From the NCBI GenBank assembly GCA_017654855.1, contig CM030337.1:930001-994000 (forward strand): 64,000 bases of DNA. The letters run 5' to 3'. Source of the DNA: Podospora anserina. Taxonomy: Eukaryota. Position numbers and translations under genes: made by a program. The notes beneath the pieces are model-generated. The model made no database searches. It worked only from the letters and a program-made list of their open reading frames with translations, and was not told the DNA's origin. Below, piece by piece: positions 1-13,931 of this stretch; positions within the stretch are counted from its first letter, which is position 1; each line of letters begins with the position of its first letter.

Positions 1-764
1 TCGAGGTCGAGTGATCCCCCAGCCCCGAACCGCATTCGCGGTAGGTATTGCGCAAACAACCCGCATCCCGAGCCCAAACCTGCGCCGCAGCCCTTCCCTT
101 TCCTTGGGATGATGTTTACTTTGCTTTTCGCTCCCCGAAACCCACCGGCTCCAACTAACCCAACTGTCATATGATCATGTTAGTGCCGATCTCAACTCGG
201 CGTTTAAGCAAGGGCACTTTAACCCCATCACTCATCACCAACAACAAGAGGCAAATCAGTTTGGTGCACTTCAATTCTCACTGCCGTCCAATTCTCGGCT
301 TCTCCTCTTTCTATCTCCCTCCATGCTATAGCTCTTGAAAAAAAGACAAATCTTTCCACCCAAGCATATATACACTCATACAAATGACAAAAAGGAAACA
401 ATTGCAAGATGACCAAAAAGACGTAACAGATGTCAACAGATAATCCCCTTGTTTGCTTTCCCCAAAAAAAAAACCACCGTGAAGTAGTACAAAGCATTCC
501 TCCTCCCAGTAATGTTCTAAACATTTCCCCTCCCAAAATCCCAACCCCATGTTCTTATGAGATACATTATTCGTACAAGTCGCGCTCCAAAAAAAACTCA
601 ACTCGCGAGACAAAGGAAAGGAGTAAAAAAAGAACACAAAATGCCACCAACCACCACCCAGCTTCCCAAATCCCGAGGCGCCTTTGGTATCTAATATAAT
701 TCCATCACAAATACAATCCTGAAGCATAAGATATAAAATATAAGAAAGTGTCGAGCGAGTTCAA

Positions 765-2099
765 TCACCTCCCCCAAGGATGAACCTGAGAGTGGTGATG
801 CTCATCCCTCCTCATCGCCGGCTGCATCGACCCCAAAACAGAAGTGCTGCACAGCGGAGGGATAGCCATGGGCGGCAACCCCCCCGGTGGCGGGATCATG
901 TGCCCCATGGCGGGTCCCATCCCCCGGTTGTGATGCATGCTGCTCGGATCAAAGCTCTCCGCCCGGAGGTCCAGAGTCCCAATGTCAAAACGCTTGGAGC
1001 AGCCGTCTTCCATGTGTCTGTTCGAAACTACAGTTAGCTATTGTTTTTTGAAGGGAGGTAAAAGTCAAAGGGAAACCAACCTCCTAAGGGTATCCTTCCT
1101 GGCAAACATCCTCGAGCAGTAATCGCACTTGTGGTTCCGCTCCTTCATGTGCACGCTCTGGTGGTGGCGCTGGAGATCCGTCTTGCGCACAAACTTCTTG
1201 TTGCAGTCTGTCACCTGGCAGGGGAAGGGATACTCCCTCTTCTCGTCGTGCGTCTCCATGTGCGCTTTGAAGTTGTAGCTGCGGCTGAACATCTTGCCGC
1301 ACCCCTTGACCTCGCAGACAAAGTTGGCCTCCTCCTTGGTCGTCAGCCGGCGGGGCGCCCTTCGTGGCCGCTGGACCCGGAACTGTCGCTTGGCGTCGTA
1401 CATGAAGCTCGAGGCCTGTGGCCCGCTGGCCGCCCCCGGGTAGAACTGGTCTGGCTCTACTGGGTGGTAGTCGGGCTTGTGCCAGGTGGCCGAGGATCCG
1501 CTGTCGGAAAGATAGCCGGCTGAGCTGCCCGTGTAGGGACCGTTGTCCGAAGGGAACGAGGTGTGAACGGATCGGGGTGATGGGTACTGGGACGCCTCCA
1601 TGTGGCCGTACTCGGAAGGGGTGCCCTCCATCTTGACCCGGGGTGTCATGGAGCCGGGCACGGAAGTGGCGGGAGTGTAAGGCATGGACCTGGGCTGGAT
1701 GGCAGGTGATCGGGGGGCAGAGCCAGTCGGTGGAGGAGTCGACGAGTGGATCGAGTGGGCGTGGCTAGGGTGGGAGTGGTAGACGTCGTGGCCGTATGAG
1801 TAGCTGTTGAAGCTCTCATACTCTGAGGAGAGGATGCTAGGCATGCTGGAGGCAGAAGACATGGGATGGTGGATGACGGTGTTGTCCCAAGATTGGCTCA
1901 TCGAGTCGAGTGGTGGCAGTGAGTTGTCAGTGTCCATGGGAGGGGTCACGGCGCAGGACGGCTCCCCATATAACGACGAGATCTTGTACTGTTGCTCAAG
2001 TCCAGGTGATGGGTAGTCGAGCGAGGACCTCTCTGAAGGGCAGTAGGTGTGCGCTGGGGTGGATGGCGACCTGGTGAGAGCAGGCGGTGTGAGATCCAT
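765..2099 (-). CDS. C2H2 zinc-finger transcription factor (3 C-terminal fingers, the third C2HC-type), ~423 aa, 2 exons
   Basis: Exons 2099-1081 and 1017-765. Intron 1080-1018 (GTTGGT...GCTAAC...CAG, 63 nt) joins RKDTLRR to HMEDGC and completes finger 3. Fingers: CEVKGCGKMFSRSYNFKAHMETH, CQVTDCNKKFVRKTDLQRHHQSVH, CDYCSRMFARKDTLRRHMEDGC. S/P-rich N-terminus; ATG in ACCATGG context. Confidence 0.93.
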
Positions 2100-3910
2100 G
2101 GTTGGTGGTTGAGGCTGGGTGCCTTGGGTCTATTTATTGAGGTAGGTGGTGGTGGTGGTGGTTGGTGCGTGTGTGCACAGCACCTGTGAGTAAGATAGGG
2201 GGGGTAAGAAGGATGACGATGTTTGTTGGAAGCGGCCAGGGGATGCTCGCCCAGTCAGACGTTCTCGAGTCCGATTGGTGTTCAAACACGTCGAGGTACT
2301 GAATCGAGTAGGAGGGGGAGGCAGGCCAGATATAGGGAAAGACCGAGAAGGGCACAGGTCTTGATTCGCGAGACCACTTTCAGGTGCGTGCGAACAGGCA
2401 AAGCATGAACAAGAAGGCTCTTCACTTGTTGAGATGCTATTCCATAAATCTGAGGCAGGCTGTGGGAGCAAAAGCTGGGTGTGTCTGGACGAGGCAGACA
2501 ACCAGGGTATCTTATAACATTTGCAAATGCGGAAGAACAAGGTTGCCTGCCTGGCTAATAAAAGAGCGTGCCCATGTTCGTCCAGACGCGCTTCTCGTTG
2601 AAGATGTGCGGGTTCTCTTCATGGTGCTGAACCTGACCAGGGGTCAAGGGGGGGTGTGCCTCGAGAGACGCACGACAGAGACTGGGGGGCGTCCTTGGGG
2701 TAGGAGAGAGAGAAGGATTTTGGGGGTGGGTTCAGGTCCAACGAGCACCCCCTGCTCGCAAAAGAGACAAAAGTGACATGGGGAACAAGGCTGGCGGGCA
2801 CCAGCCGGAAAGGGCAAGATCTGACTGAACAGGCCATTGTGCTAGATGTTGGGTGTGGCAGGGCAACTCTGTCCAGGGGCTGTCGACTGTGAGGTGTGGG
2901 AGGGGCAGGTCCCAACTCGGGAAGAAGAGAGGTGGTGACATGGAAAAATAGCAACGCTACACCGGTTTGGGAACGTCTGCGTATCAAGGGTCACAGGGAG
3001 TCTAAAAGTAGCGTAGCGGCCAGGATAAGGTGATGAGCAGACACTCGACCTGCAGACAACAGGCACCTCGTTTGAGCTGTTGGAACCCCGTTTCCAGCTC
3101 TGGGGTAGGGAACGTTTTGGCTCTCCTGCGGGGGCCATCGACAGGGCTGTTGGCAGTCACACCGGAGCAGGCGGGCAAGAGTTGCTTTTTGGCAAGCTGT
3201 TGGTGCGAGCGTTCCCTGCCAGACCACTCGGCGACCGGGACGGGGAAGCGGGAGACCGCGCCAACGCCCTCGGGAGCGAGGGGGGAACAGCCATGCCATC
3301 TTCACAGTGCTACTTTGCTGCTGCGTAAAGGCCGAGGTCGAGACGGTCCCGAATCATGCCGGGCTGGCTGTCTGTATGGTTTTCCCCAGACCTGCTTGTG
3401 TAGACATGCACTGACATGCTCGCAGAGTTGGCGGACAGAGCGGCATGGTCACGGCAACAAGACATCGCCGTGGAGATCGAGGGCGCGGAATCCGGGGAGC
3501 AACTCTGTCTTTGCTGAAGGACGGGAGAGTCGGCGACCCAAGAGAAGGGGTCGAGGGGACGGGAGAGGGCCAGGTGGGCGCGGTTGGTTGCACCCAGACC
3601 ACGCAGCCCGTGCAGTGCAGACACGGGGTCGGTACGGTGCTGCAGGTGTAATTTCTTCAGTGGTTCCAAGTACCGTGGCTGTAGTAGATGTCTCAAGCGC
3701 TTGCGCCTGTTTTTTGCGCGCTGGGGAGCCTCTGAGTGGCCGGCAGACAAACGGAGCGCGATTGCTCTGCGAATTGCAACCAAACTTCATGATGGGACCT
3801 TTTGGGACCTGGAACCAACATGACTTTACGGCCCCCCCGGCATTTGGAGCTATTGCTGCTGTTGGACGGTAGTTGAGTTGGTGGTGGTGATACCGTGATA
3901 GCGTTATCCT

Positions 3911-3938
3911 CTTCTTCTTCTTCTTCTTCTTCTTCTTC
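3911..3938. repeat. (CTT)9 microsatellite
   Basis: Read directly from the sequence; intergenic. Confidence 0.9.
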
Positions 3939-6900
3939 GGCGCAAACTCGCCCCCATGGAGTAAAGCCAGGCCAGCGAAGGATTCGGGGATGGACAGTGG
4001 ACGCCGAACACCAAAAAGCCCGTCGGGGCTCTCATGGTCCAAAAGGACTTTTGATAATCTGTGATGATGCAAATGCAGTGAGCAGCGAGCAGTGAGCAGC
4101 GAGTGAGAGCCGTGAGCAGACCAATGGGATCAAAAAGACGGTGCAGATAGATTTGAAGAACAAAACGGTCAGCCAAGAGTGTGGTGAGAAAACGGATAAT
4201 CGGCCATATGCCGGCCCCCAAACTTGATCAGGTCTAGGTTAGGCGATGGCCCTTGTAATAATTAAGGCTAGGAAGTGGAGGACCTTGCGGGATTGCGTGG
4301 TTTGCGACCCACTGATATCCGCTCTTTCGCGCTCTGATTTCTGAATTCGTAGCTCGGTGACTGAATAATAAAATAAAATCATGCTGTGAGGAAGCATGTC
4401 ATGGAGTGTCAGTGTCGATGGGTAGAAGCAGCAGCGGGACGAACGGTCGGACGGCTGCCGAGTGGAAATCGACATCTGTAAGGCGCAGTGAGAGATCGGG
4501 GCCTGGGGAAACGAGTGGATCGGCTGCGTACCCGTCCGAACGCGAGGCTGTGATTGGGCCGTGCGTACGAGCCACAATGTGAGTGCTGTGATGTGTATCG
4601 TCTCTATCCCTACTAAAATTGCCTGATGCCAGTAGGTCCGTAGCAGCCCCGTACACAGCCCAGCGAGATGTGCCCTAATAACTAACAGCCAGTAATAAAC
4701 AGCGCTCTCTACTATATCTGCGATGTCGTGATATCCGACATTGGATCTCCCAGCGCCGTTCGTTCGCCAGCGGAAACAATGGGTGCTCCCGCTGCCGAAA
4801 TGCCACCCCGCGGCGGTGAGTCTGGAGACATGTCTATTCGACGCAGGATATTCTAAAGGTAGTACGGCAGCCAGGCTTATGGTAACAGCACATGCGCATG
4901 GCGTCTCTCCATCGCCTGTCTTATCTCGTCCGACTTTGTCAAAATTCCCATGAATTACCGGGCAGACAGTCGATCCGAGAGATGCGATGCAGCGCTGCCC
5001 CACCCTCCATCACAGCCCAGTAAAGTCTCCAGGCGAGCCAGGCAACAACAATTCTCTCTGTCAGGACTGCAGCAGAGGGTAGCACCGGCCTGCGTCATCT
5101 TACGAGCCTTCCAATGCGAGCCTTGAATTCCAGCGATACGGTATCGGTGAGCCTTTCTGTTCTCTCAGTGTGTGCTGCACGACGACATGGCTCCGTTTTG
5201 CTGCTGTCTCGCCTGTCGTCGCCGTTTCTGGATGGTCACACGCGTCAGCTTCTTGCTCATGAGTCCTTTTTGGGGTCCAGTCGAAGAGTCAACGACCGGA
5301 CTGATGGGTACGGAGTAAAGGTGACCGTTGCCCTGCCGAAAGCCCATGCATGTGCCAGGTGGGTGCCCAAAAAGATGGGGAAAAAACCCACCGACTTGGA
5401 AATTACAGCGTTGTGGTTTTACGCATATCACCCTTTTCCGCGCATCAATTCACCCTGCCCCGCACACCTACCTGACGCCAGCTGTTGTCTCCCATGGCGG
5501 AATGCCGGATAATGCCATCACGAACAACCCGCTTCCAGGCAAACCGTGGGTTTCGTTAATGAGGTTTGCCGGCTCAGCCACGGACGTGGCCCATCTCTGT
5601 GTATGTTAAACGTGGGGGAGGGGAAGAAGGGAAACGAGAAAGCAGGATTGCTAGGCCTGATGGTGGATCTGAAACACGGCATTCTTCTGTACAGTTTGTA
5701 AGCGTCGTTGCGGCGCTGCAGGCTTGACTCCCGTCGAGAAAGCCAGGGGAGCATCGCAAATCAAGGTGATGCCATGGGCGCGCCGAGACCGCCAAGATCT
5801 CGGGGAGCAGAGACCAGCACCGTGGTGTGGAGGACGGCCGCTGCTGAGTGGTCGCCCAGAGAAGACCACGAGCTGCAGTACCTTTGCGGTGGAAGGATTC
5901 CAGAGCCTTTTGGCTGTGCGTGGTTGGATATCCAAAATTGGGTGATCTTTTATGCAAGAACACTCGGTCTTTGAAACAATTCGAATCCTCCAAGCCCTCC
6001 TCCGATGACTTGCTTAACCGGACGAGCCAGGAGAGAAAGCTTTGAGAGAAGCAGACAGACAGACATGCGAGCGCATAGCACATGATGCAGGGGGCTTTCT
6101 GGAATCAACAACTGCATCGCGGAGCCAAACAGCTCTACGAGCATGTATTGTACGAGGGCAGTGGAGGGGTCTCGTTGCCATGTGTGATTCCATCGTATAG
6201 GCCGGTGAGAGACAGTCGGACCGTCAGCGTGACGGGCGTTCCCGCTGTCTCCAATTGGGAAGGGCCCCGAGAACGCCGACGCGGCACAACCGGAAGTGTC
6301 TTGGCAGGGCCATCAAGGTCGGTGCTTCCCCCGGCTCCCGTGGAACCTTGCAGCGAGCTAGTGATCGGTGGCTTGTGGTGGTTTACGGAGGGCATCATCA
6401 AGATGGAGACTTTGTTTTTGCAATGATGATGGTGGACGGCGTTGCAGCTGAGTAAAAAGCCGCCACCATCTCACACCTCGGCTTGCTTCCAGGTGTCAAA
6501 GACAAGAATCACGACATCTGACCTTGTCTAGTTTGCGGAGGATGAATAAGACATTGACGACGACAGGCAACCCCTGTGAAGATCTTCGAGATAGGGAAAG
6601 CAAAGGCCCACCGATCTCCACGCCCCGCTTCCCCGGTTTACGGCGCCTGGACCAACCTACCCAAGCAGCATGACCAACCGCATTCTAAGCATTCAAAGTG
6701 GAATATGGCCTGATGCTCATTGAGGCATTTGCGCTTACGCCTGGTGAGCATTGACTAAAAGAGCCAGATACAAGTTTGGGGGCCAGGATGATGGTGAAAT
6801 TGCGCTACTAGCACTAGGGTTACTGGCAGTTGAATGCCCTTACATACCGTTGGCACACTTACACCATTAGCTCTTCCCGTTTTCTGCCATCAGGTTCAGG

Positions 6901-9900
6901 TTCGATATCGCTGCTCTCTTCTCATCCCTCGTGACAATATCCATCGGGCCACGCGGTGCCTCAGCACTCTAAATCCTACAACACGTTCGACGGCACTCTC
7001 CTCCCTGTGGCAACCGGCAGGCAGGATTTCCGGATTTGCCCAGGTGCGGCCGGTTGGTTCAATGCGACTCGGGAGAGAAACGTCCCGTCGCAATCGAAGG
7101 ATTCTCCGGTTGGTCTAGAAGCGCGGACGCAACGCTGCGCAGACCAAGACGATAAGAGGGGATACCAAACAGGATGCGGTTACGAACTACGACGGTTGGG
7201 AGGGTTTCCGTATTCAACTGACAAGCAGCAGGACGATATCGCCGTCACAAATGACCATCTTCACTAGTGCCAGTTGTGGCTTTTGATCGAGTCTGGCAGG
7301 CTGCTGACTGGCTTGTTGGTTCTCTGTCGGATGTCTCCTTTCGATACCGGCGAACGACGGGAAAGCCAGACAGCTGGGACAACCTGAGTAAGGGACCAAG
7401 ACATGTCTGACCACCATTTGGGAAAATGGTAGCCGTGACACAAGACCTCGATTGGGCAGAACCGGGCTGGGCCAAGGCTGGCCTTCGTTGGTGAGATCAG
7501 CACTTGTCGTGATGCTTTAGCTAAGCAAAACACTCAGGGTTGCGAAGAAACGTCCGAAACGGAGATTTCGAAGATATTCGGGATGACAGCTGAGGCGAAC
7601 AGTCCCGTCTTGTCACCCTCACTAGGCCCATTCGAGAAAAGACACCGTTTCGGTGGAGTCGTGTGACCGAGTAAAGGTGAGCATTCGGAGAACAGTCAGG
7701 AGATGAATTATTACACCAGGTCCGATATCTCGAAACAGTGTTTTCGGAGTTACCGTCAGCAACAAGAGAATGATGATCTGGCGATACTGGTCCCCCACGG
7801 TGAGACGACAGACGCTAACAACCTGACATCTGAGGTGAGGTGAGGTGCAGTGCAGCGATACACCATCGTCGGTTTACCCTCAGCCTTCTCCACCAGCATC
7901 AGCATCAGAATCAGCACCGGCGCCATCACCAATCCTGTGTCTCTGGTTCCTGGTTTCATCTTCGTCCCAAGTCCAGCTGGTGGAATGATCCGAGCTTCCA
8001 GGGCCCAGGCAGAGAACCACAGAAACAACAAGCACAGCCATCCCGCAAGGCAAAGAACGGCTATCGGCGTCCCTCGCCGCAGTCTTGTGCAAGGTACGGG
8101 GACCTGGTGAAGATGAAAAGAAGCGAGCAATCAAGCGCGATGAAGCGAGCAAGCGCAGCATCTAATCTTGATCTGGAAGGAATGACAAGCGCAAAGTGTG
8201 CACACACCACCACTAGCCATCGCCAACAACCGTTCGTGATGATGTGACTGAACCGAGAGCCGATTACGCAACGGCTAAAGAATCACGGCATTTCCCATAA
8301 ATTCAGCGCGCTAAACGTGGTGGTCAACAGAAAAGTCCAAGCAGCAGCATATTCCTATTCCGAATGACTGCTTCAGGTTTGCTTGCATATGCAGGCTTGA
8401 TTTAGGGCTGAGAGGTTTCTTGCTTCTGAGGTCATATGGGGTACCATTCACTTTTCCTAAAACGAGCAATGCTCTCAACTTCTCTTGGGAGTGCTTGTGT
8501 TCTCCAAAAATCTGCAAGAGGGGGCGTGTGTGTGGTGGTCTTTGTTGGAGTAGGACACACACCAAGACGAACGGTGGGGGTTGTTCACCCAGCCAACCCA
8601 GCAAGGGTGCATCACAGTCAATCAACTTGAAGCACAGACATTTGAGAAGCACGAGCCACGAAGCCAAGACCAGAAATAGGCGCCCTCGAATCAGATGCCG
8701 AGATATTTTTGGGATACAAGCTCCAAAATGCAACCCTGAACCAACAGCACATCACCAATTTGTTGCGAACGTCCGAAACGGGATTTGATGCGGGGGGGGG
8801 AAGGGGGGCAGCAAAAGTGCTGATTCTGTGAAGAGTAAAATCCTCACAGATTGAGTTGATCTGCCTCAAATTGACTTGTGGCTGAATATAGTTGACAAGT
8901 CCCCAAAAATCGCGTCTTGAAACACACACTGACTGCAGCTTTGAATGTACATACATGATGCAAGTTCATTCTTGGCTTTGACCTTGACCTCGGACTGCTT
9001 GACCCAAGGCAATGGTCGCACGAGTAGGATTCAATCTCTCATTTCATATTGCTCTCTCATCGGATGGACAGAGATGGCAACTCTTGCATTGCTACCAGAC
9101 AATTATTGGACGCCGACAATGAGCCAGGGACGGAGGCGGGTGGGGTGGTTCATTCATTGAGATCATCACGATTTTACAGATTGGGAAACAAGAAGAGCGC
9201 GTGTGTTTGGTGGATGTTGGATTTGTGTGTGAACCCCAAACCACAGATCGTACACACACACACATTCTCTCATCAAATCTCAGATTGACCCATGATTGCG
9301 TTATTCCTTCCTTCCGCACCACCACCACCCACCACCACCACCACCACCACCATCATTGTTGCCAGTTCGAACCCGATGACTTGCATCTCACCATCAGTCA
9401 ATACTCATTTTCCTCCAGCAACAACACCCTACCCCTTCCCCCCCCCCCAAAAAAAACCGACAGCTACCTCAACCCCCGTCGCAAACACCACCCGCAACGG
9501 TGACATTCAAATCGTATATCTGTAGCCCATCCATACGTCGTCGTCCAACAAACTCCCATCCCAAACCTCCTAATCCCACCCCCTCTTATGGCATGTAAGG
9601 TATCCACTCAAAACCGAGCACTCGCAAGCCACGCTCTAAAAGTCCCCCAGCAGCAGCAGCAGCCTTGCGCACCAGAAAAAATAAAAATATAAAAATCCAA
9701 TTTTCTGATTGGCGAGCTCGTTAAACTTTCTCACTCGCTTTTATTTTATCCCTGCTGTCTGGTTTTGAACGATGCTACGCTGTTGTTTTTCACCGGTGCC
9801 GCGGCTTGTTAGGTGTGGAGATTTCTTGGCCCCCACCCCAACTGGGGTGGGTTGTTGGAGATACAACATACCCTACGGGCGAAGGAGAGACAAGAGATCG

Positions 9901-10357
9901 TATATCGTAAAGCATAGGTGTGTAGTGTAGGCGGTGTTTTTGGGAGGTAAGGTAGACAGTGTAACCTCACACGGGGGGGAAAGGGGCTCATGTTGTGGCA
10001 TTCACCTACCTCGTTGCAAGTATGGCACTTTCAGGATGGAAGGTTGACTGAAGGTGATGTACCCAAGGTAGATAGGTCCTGCCCGTCTGCAGTTTTGATA
10101 ATTGTGGGCTGCAGTATGCGAGTGCTGTGTGCCCCGGCCATATGGTCGCCACTCAGCCCTAAAACATTCTGTACATAACACACCTCGCCGGGCTGTTGTC
10201 ATACCGCTACTGCTTGGTGGTGGTGGATAGGTCCAGAAAACTGGCTGCCTTGGACTAGACTCGGCTGTTGATACTGTCTATGATCTGACTTGCATCATTC
10301 ATCACCAGTTTCCACCACGCCGTGAGCAAGGAAACTAGTGCCGTTGCACGCTATACG

Positions 10358-10381
10358 CAGCAGCAGCAGCAGCAGCAGCAG
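10358..10381. repeat. (CAG)8 microsatellite
   Basis: Read directly from the sequence; not inside a supported gene. Confidence 0.9.
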
Positions 10382-11222
10382 CGGGACGGGAAGGATTGCA
10401 AGAGAAAAGGATCCATTATTGCGTACCTGACTGCTGCGGCCAAGGTCACGGTTAACTCTACTGTAGGTCCACTTCCGCCAGCTTCCTTTGGCCCCCAACT
10501 CTTGATAGTGCTAGGTGCTGCATAACTACATCAAGAGAAAGCCGACGCTATCATCAAAGAAGGCATTGCACCGAATGGCTTTGCAAGTGACAATGTGACA
10601 GAGCTATGCTTCTTGCATTCAACGTGGTGTTTTTTTTGGGGGGGGGGGAGGGAAGGGGGTTTGCTATTTCGGACCTCCTTCCATGTACCTATCTCTTACT
10701 GAACTCTTTGGCCCCCATTCTGGTCTGAAGAATTGATAACGAAAAGCCAAAAACTGCCTTGTCGATATCAAGAATTCCAAATCACTTACGCTGCAGGCTT
10801 GATTAGAGTGCAGAAAGCAAGTGTCGATCCATGTGGTCCTCCTATGCCTGAGGATGAATGTTCGGTGTAGTTAAGGCTCGGTGTCGAACCGTGATGTTGT
10901 ACCCATCTCGGCCGAAATCACCACCACCAACTAACCCCCAACCACCCCAAAAGTGCAACTTGAGGCTCTTGAACACACATGCTATAGGAGCAGCAAGGAA
11001 AATGTTTCATGTTTCAGGTTCTTCCCGCCATTGCATCACACACGAGCATGTAGGTTCTTTGCACAGCCCAGCGGGAAAACCCACAGCCACATGATTCTTA
11101 TTCAGGTGCCTGAAGCTAGGGTGAGTAGTGACAGCATCGAAGATCTGAGCAAGCAGGAAAGTCTCACACCCCCCCTCCCCTCCCCCAACCTTCACAGCCC
11201 AACCGGCATAGGGTAGATAAAC

Positions 11223-11242
11223 GAGAGAGAGAGAGAGAGAGA
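11223..11242. repeat. (GA)10 microsatellite
   Basis: Read directly from the sequence. Confidence 0.9.
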
Positions 11243-13931
11243 AAAAGCAAGATCTTCTGTTCCGTTTTATTCAGCACGTGGTGGGAAAGCAAGGTGAGGA
11301 ACGGTGAGGGGAACATAGAGGGGCGCAGCAGCAACACCTCACACTTCCCCGCACCAACAGGCGCTTGTCCGCGGCTGTTTCTCCCCCCCCTCCCCAAGCC
11401 ACCCACCTGACTTAAGCGGATGATGCTCTCGGCGGCCGCGGCCCTTCTGCTGCTTGGATTCGCGGGTTTGGTTTGAGAGAAAGCAGCCTAAAGCTGAACA
11501 CAGCATAGGGCAGACAGGCTCTGTAGATCGCCAGCAACAGGAACTTCTTCTGAGTAAGACCGAAAAAAGCCTTGCCCACTATATCAAAAGTTGAGCTTTT
11601 TACCTTCCGCTTGCGTACTACTTGTAGCTATATTGTCGTAGTAGGATCACTTCCTTGTACATCGATCTATCTATCTTGCGGTGGACGTTGCGTGGGGTGG
11701 GGGGGTTCGATATCGGATATTGAAACTTGCAGCTTCAACATCAACAATCACGGCCTTGGTACCGCCGACGACAACAACAACGACAATAACGGACGCGGGG
11801 TCGCCGTTCACAGCTATCATACCCTCCCCAGCCGCCCGCACCCCTGCCTCCTCCCATTCTGTCCAGTCCTTCTGGAAGGTTTCCATGCAGTTCCGTGCCG
11901 CCTTCTTGCGTGGTGCTAGTGGGTGAAACCTTTCAGAGAAAAAGCTGAGAAAAGTTGCCGCCGGCCACCGTTAGCCCGGCCCTGTCTAGGATCATGGTCC
12001 GATACAACTGGAGATAGAAATCTGGGTGTGGATTACAGCAGAGCCAATGTGACGACAGCGCGGGAGGGAGGCGTGAACAGATTCGCGGCGTGTCTGTTGG
12101 CGGGCAAGGCGATGGTGTGAGAGCGGGGAGAAGCGGCGGGAATGTCGTACTTAGCAAGGAGAGGAAGGAAGAGGGGGGGCGTGTGTGAACATTGTTCGAG
12201 CCTGGTTGTTCAGGATCAGGAACGGCCACACTTACTGCCTTACCTTACGCAACTCGGCATGTTTTGAAACATCCGATCATTCCCCCTTCCTCCAAAGAGA
12301 AGAACCCACCGTTAGCTCTAGATGATCAAGATAGCTGAGTGTGCAGAGAGAACATCCGAATCCAGCCATCTAATAAGCCCGTGCTTCTAAAAACAGTTCC
12401 CCAAGTGTTTCGAGTTCAGAGGTCCGTCATGATCCAGAATCGAATCCAGTATAACCCCCACTCACACATCATCGCATCAGAGAGGCAGGACTCGGAGTTC
12501 TGAACTTAGTTTAGATCAAGTCCAGGGAGCTGATCATGAAAGAGCCTGGGCTGGAGTCAACAAGGAACAAGAAGGAAGAGACGCGGAGTCTGGATGTCAA
12601 CCAAGACCAACCCACCACTGCGACCTTATCCGCGAGGCCCGGGGTCTGGCATGCGGACTGCTGCTTTGCTTTGGTTCGCTGCGTAGGCGGGCGGCGCTTC
12701 TCTGCAAAGAGCACGTGGAGTATCCGCTGGCGACCAAGATCACCATGAACGGCGCGACAGGGCACAGAAATCGATAATCGAAGATGATGTCCCGACGTCA
12801 TCTCCGGGCTTCCTGATTAGACTTGCTTCCCCACCGATAGCCGGTCTTCAACGCCGCTCGTCTGCTCTCGACTTGATGGTCGGCCGAATATGTCCCCAGA
12901 GAGAAGAACGATGAGGTGAGCAGCTCAGTTGGGTTTGATAGACGTCACAAGACCGACCCGACAGACGAGCCAGGGCTGCGGGGGGAATGGACCAGTGGCT
13001 TGTCCGGTTCCTGGTTGCGAATTATCGCTACTGCAGGCACAGTCACAGTGCTGATGGGCCAGTCGTCGTGGGAGGCTTCGAAAACTTCCGACGAAGAAGC
13101 CAGGAGACTGCCGCCAATGTCGCAATGCATTCAAGAGCGTTGTGGTTGGGCGGGACCGGGACCGAAAACGAGACTGATCGGAATTGCCGTCCATCCATTT
13201 TCCATCTCGAGAGAGGCAGTTGGTGATGGTCTCATCAGTAGAAGCGGGCAGAAAGGCAGTCGTCAAAGCGTTTCACCTAAACAGCTGTCAAGCAAGGGCG
13301 GTTTTGGAGTCTGCATGACGAGGGATTTCTCTTGTGTGTGATGGAAAGACGGTTGAGCCGAGAGAGGAGGTGATGTGGTTCACTTGATGCGGTTCCAGAG
13401 TCGAGGAACCTTGACGACCAAGCGCTTGCATTTGTTGCGCGGCCACCACGGGATGCCCACCAGGTGCTGGGACGGCACTTCCCGCCCCACTGTTGCCCTG
13501 GGCCTTGATTGCTCACCTCGGTGAGTGGCTGAGAGCGGCTGGTCTCACCGAAGCTTTGACCACTGCGAAGCACTGACCTTGCTCGCGTCTTCAGTTCACT
13601 TCGCGTCGCCACCAGGCAGCGAGTCCACGTGATTTCCTGACATCGATAGGTATTCAACGACGACAACGGCGAGATTGGCTTTGAGTTTTACGGTTTTGGC
13701 AGGCGTTCCGGGAAAAGGAAAACGGTTTACCGACATCTGATGGGCCAGAGGCAACATTAAACATTCACAGCACTGGGTAATTCGGTGATTGCTTTTTGAC
13801 AGCACACTGCAGCCATAGACAGCCCGAGTTTACGAGTCGTTACATCGACGACCGTTTGAGCATTGCATCACATTTCCTGCACTCTTCATCAGGTATTCGA
13901 TTGCATCCAAAACCATCAGTAGATCTTCAAA

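Noticed and set aside
3030-5003. Long ORFs 3030-3872 (+), 3449-4072 (-) and 4239-5003 (-)
   Set aside because: GC-rich or microsatellite-derived translations with non-ATG starts, no domain and no coding-like codon pattern.
7770-7833. ATGATGA...CTGA spacing reminiscent of a C/D snoRNA
   Set aside because: No terminal stem and no rRNA-complementary guide that I could recognise; such boxes occur by chance.
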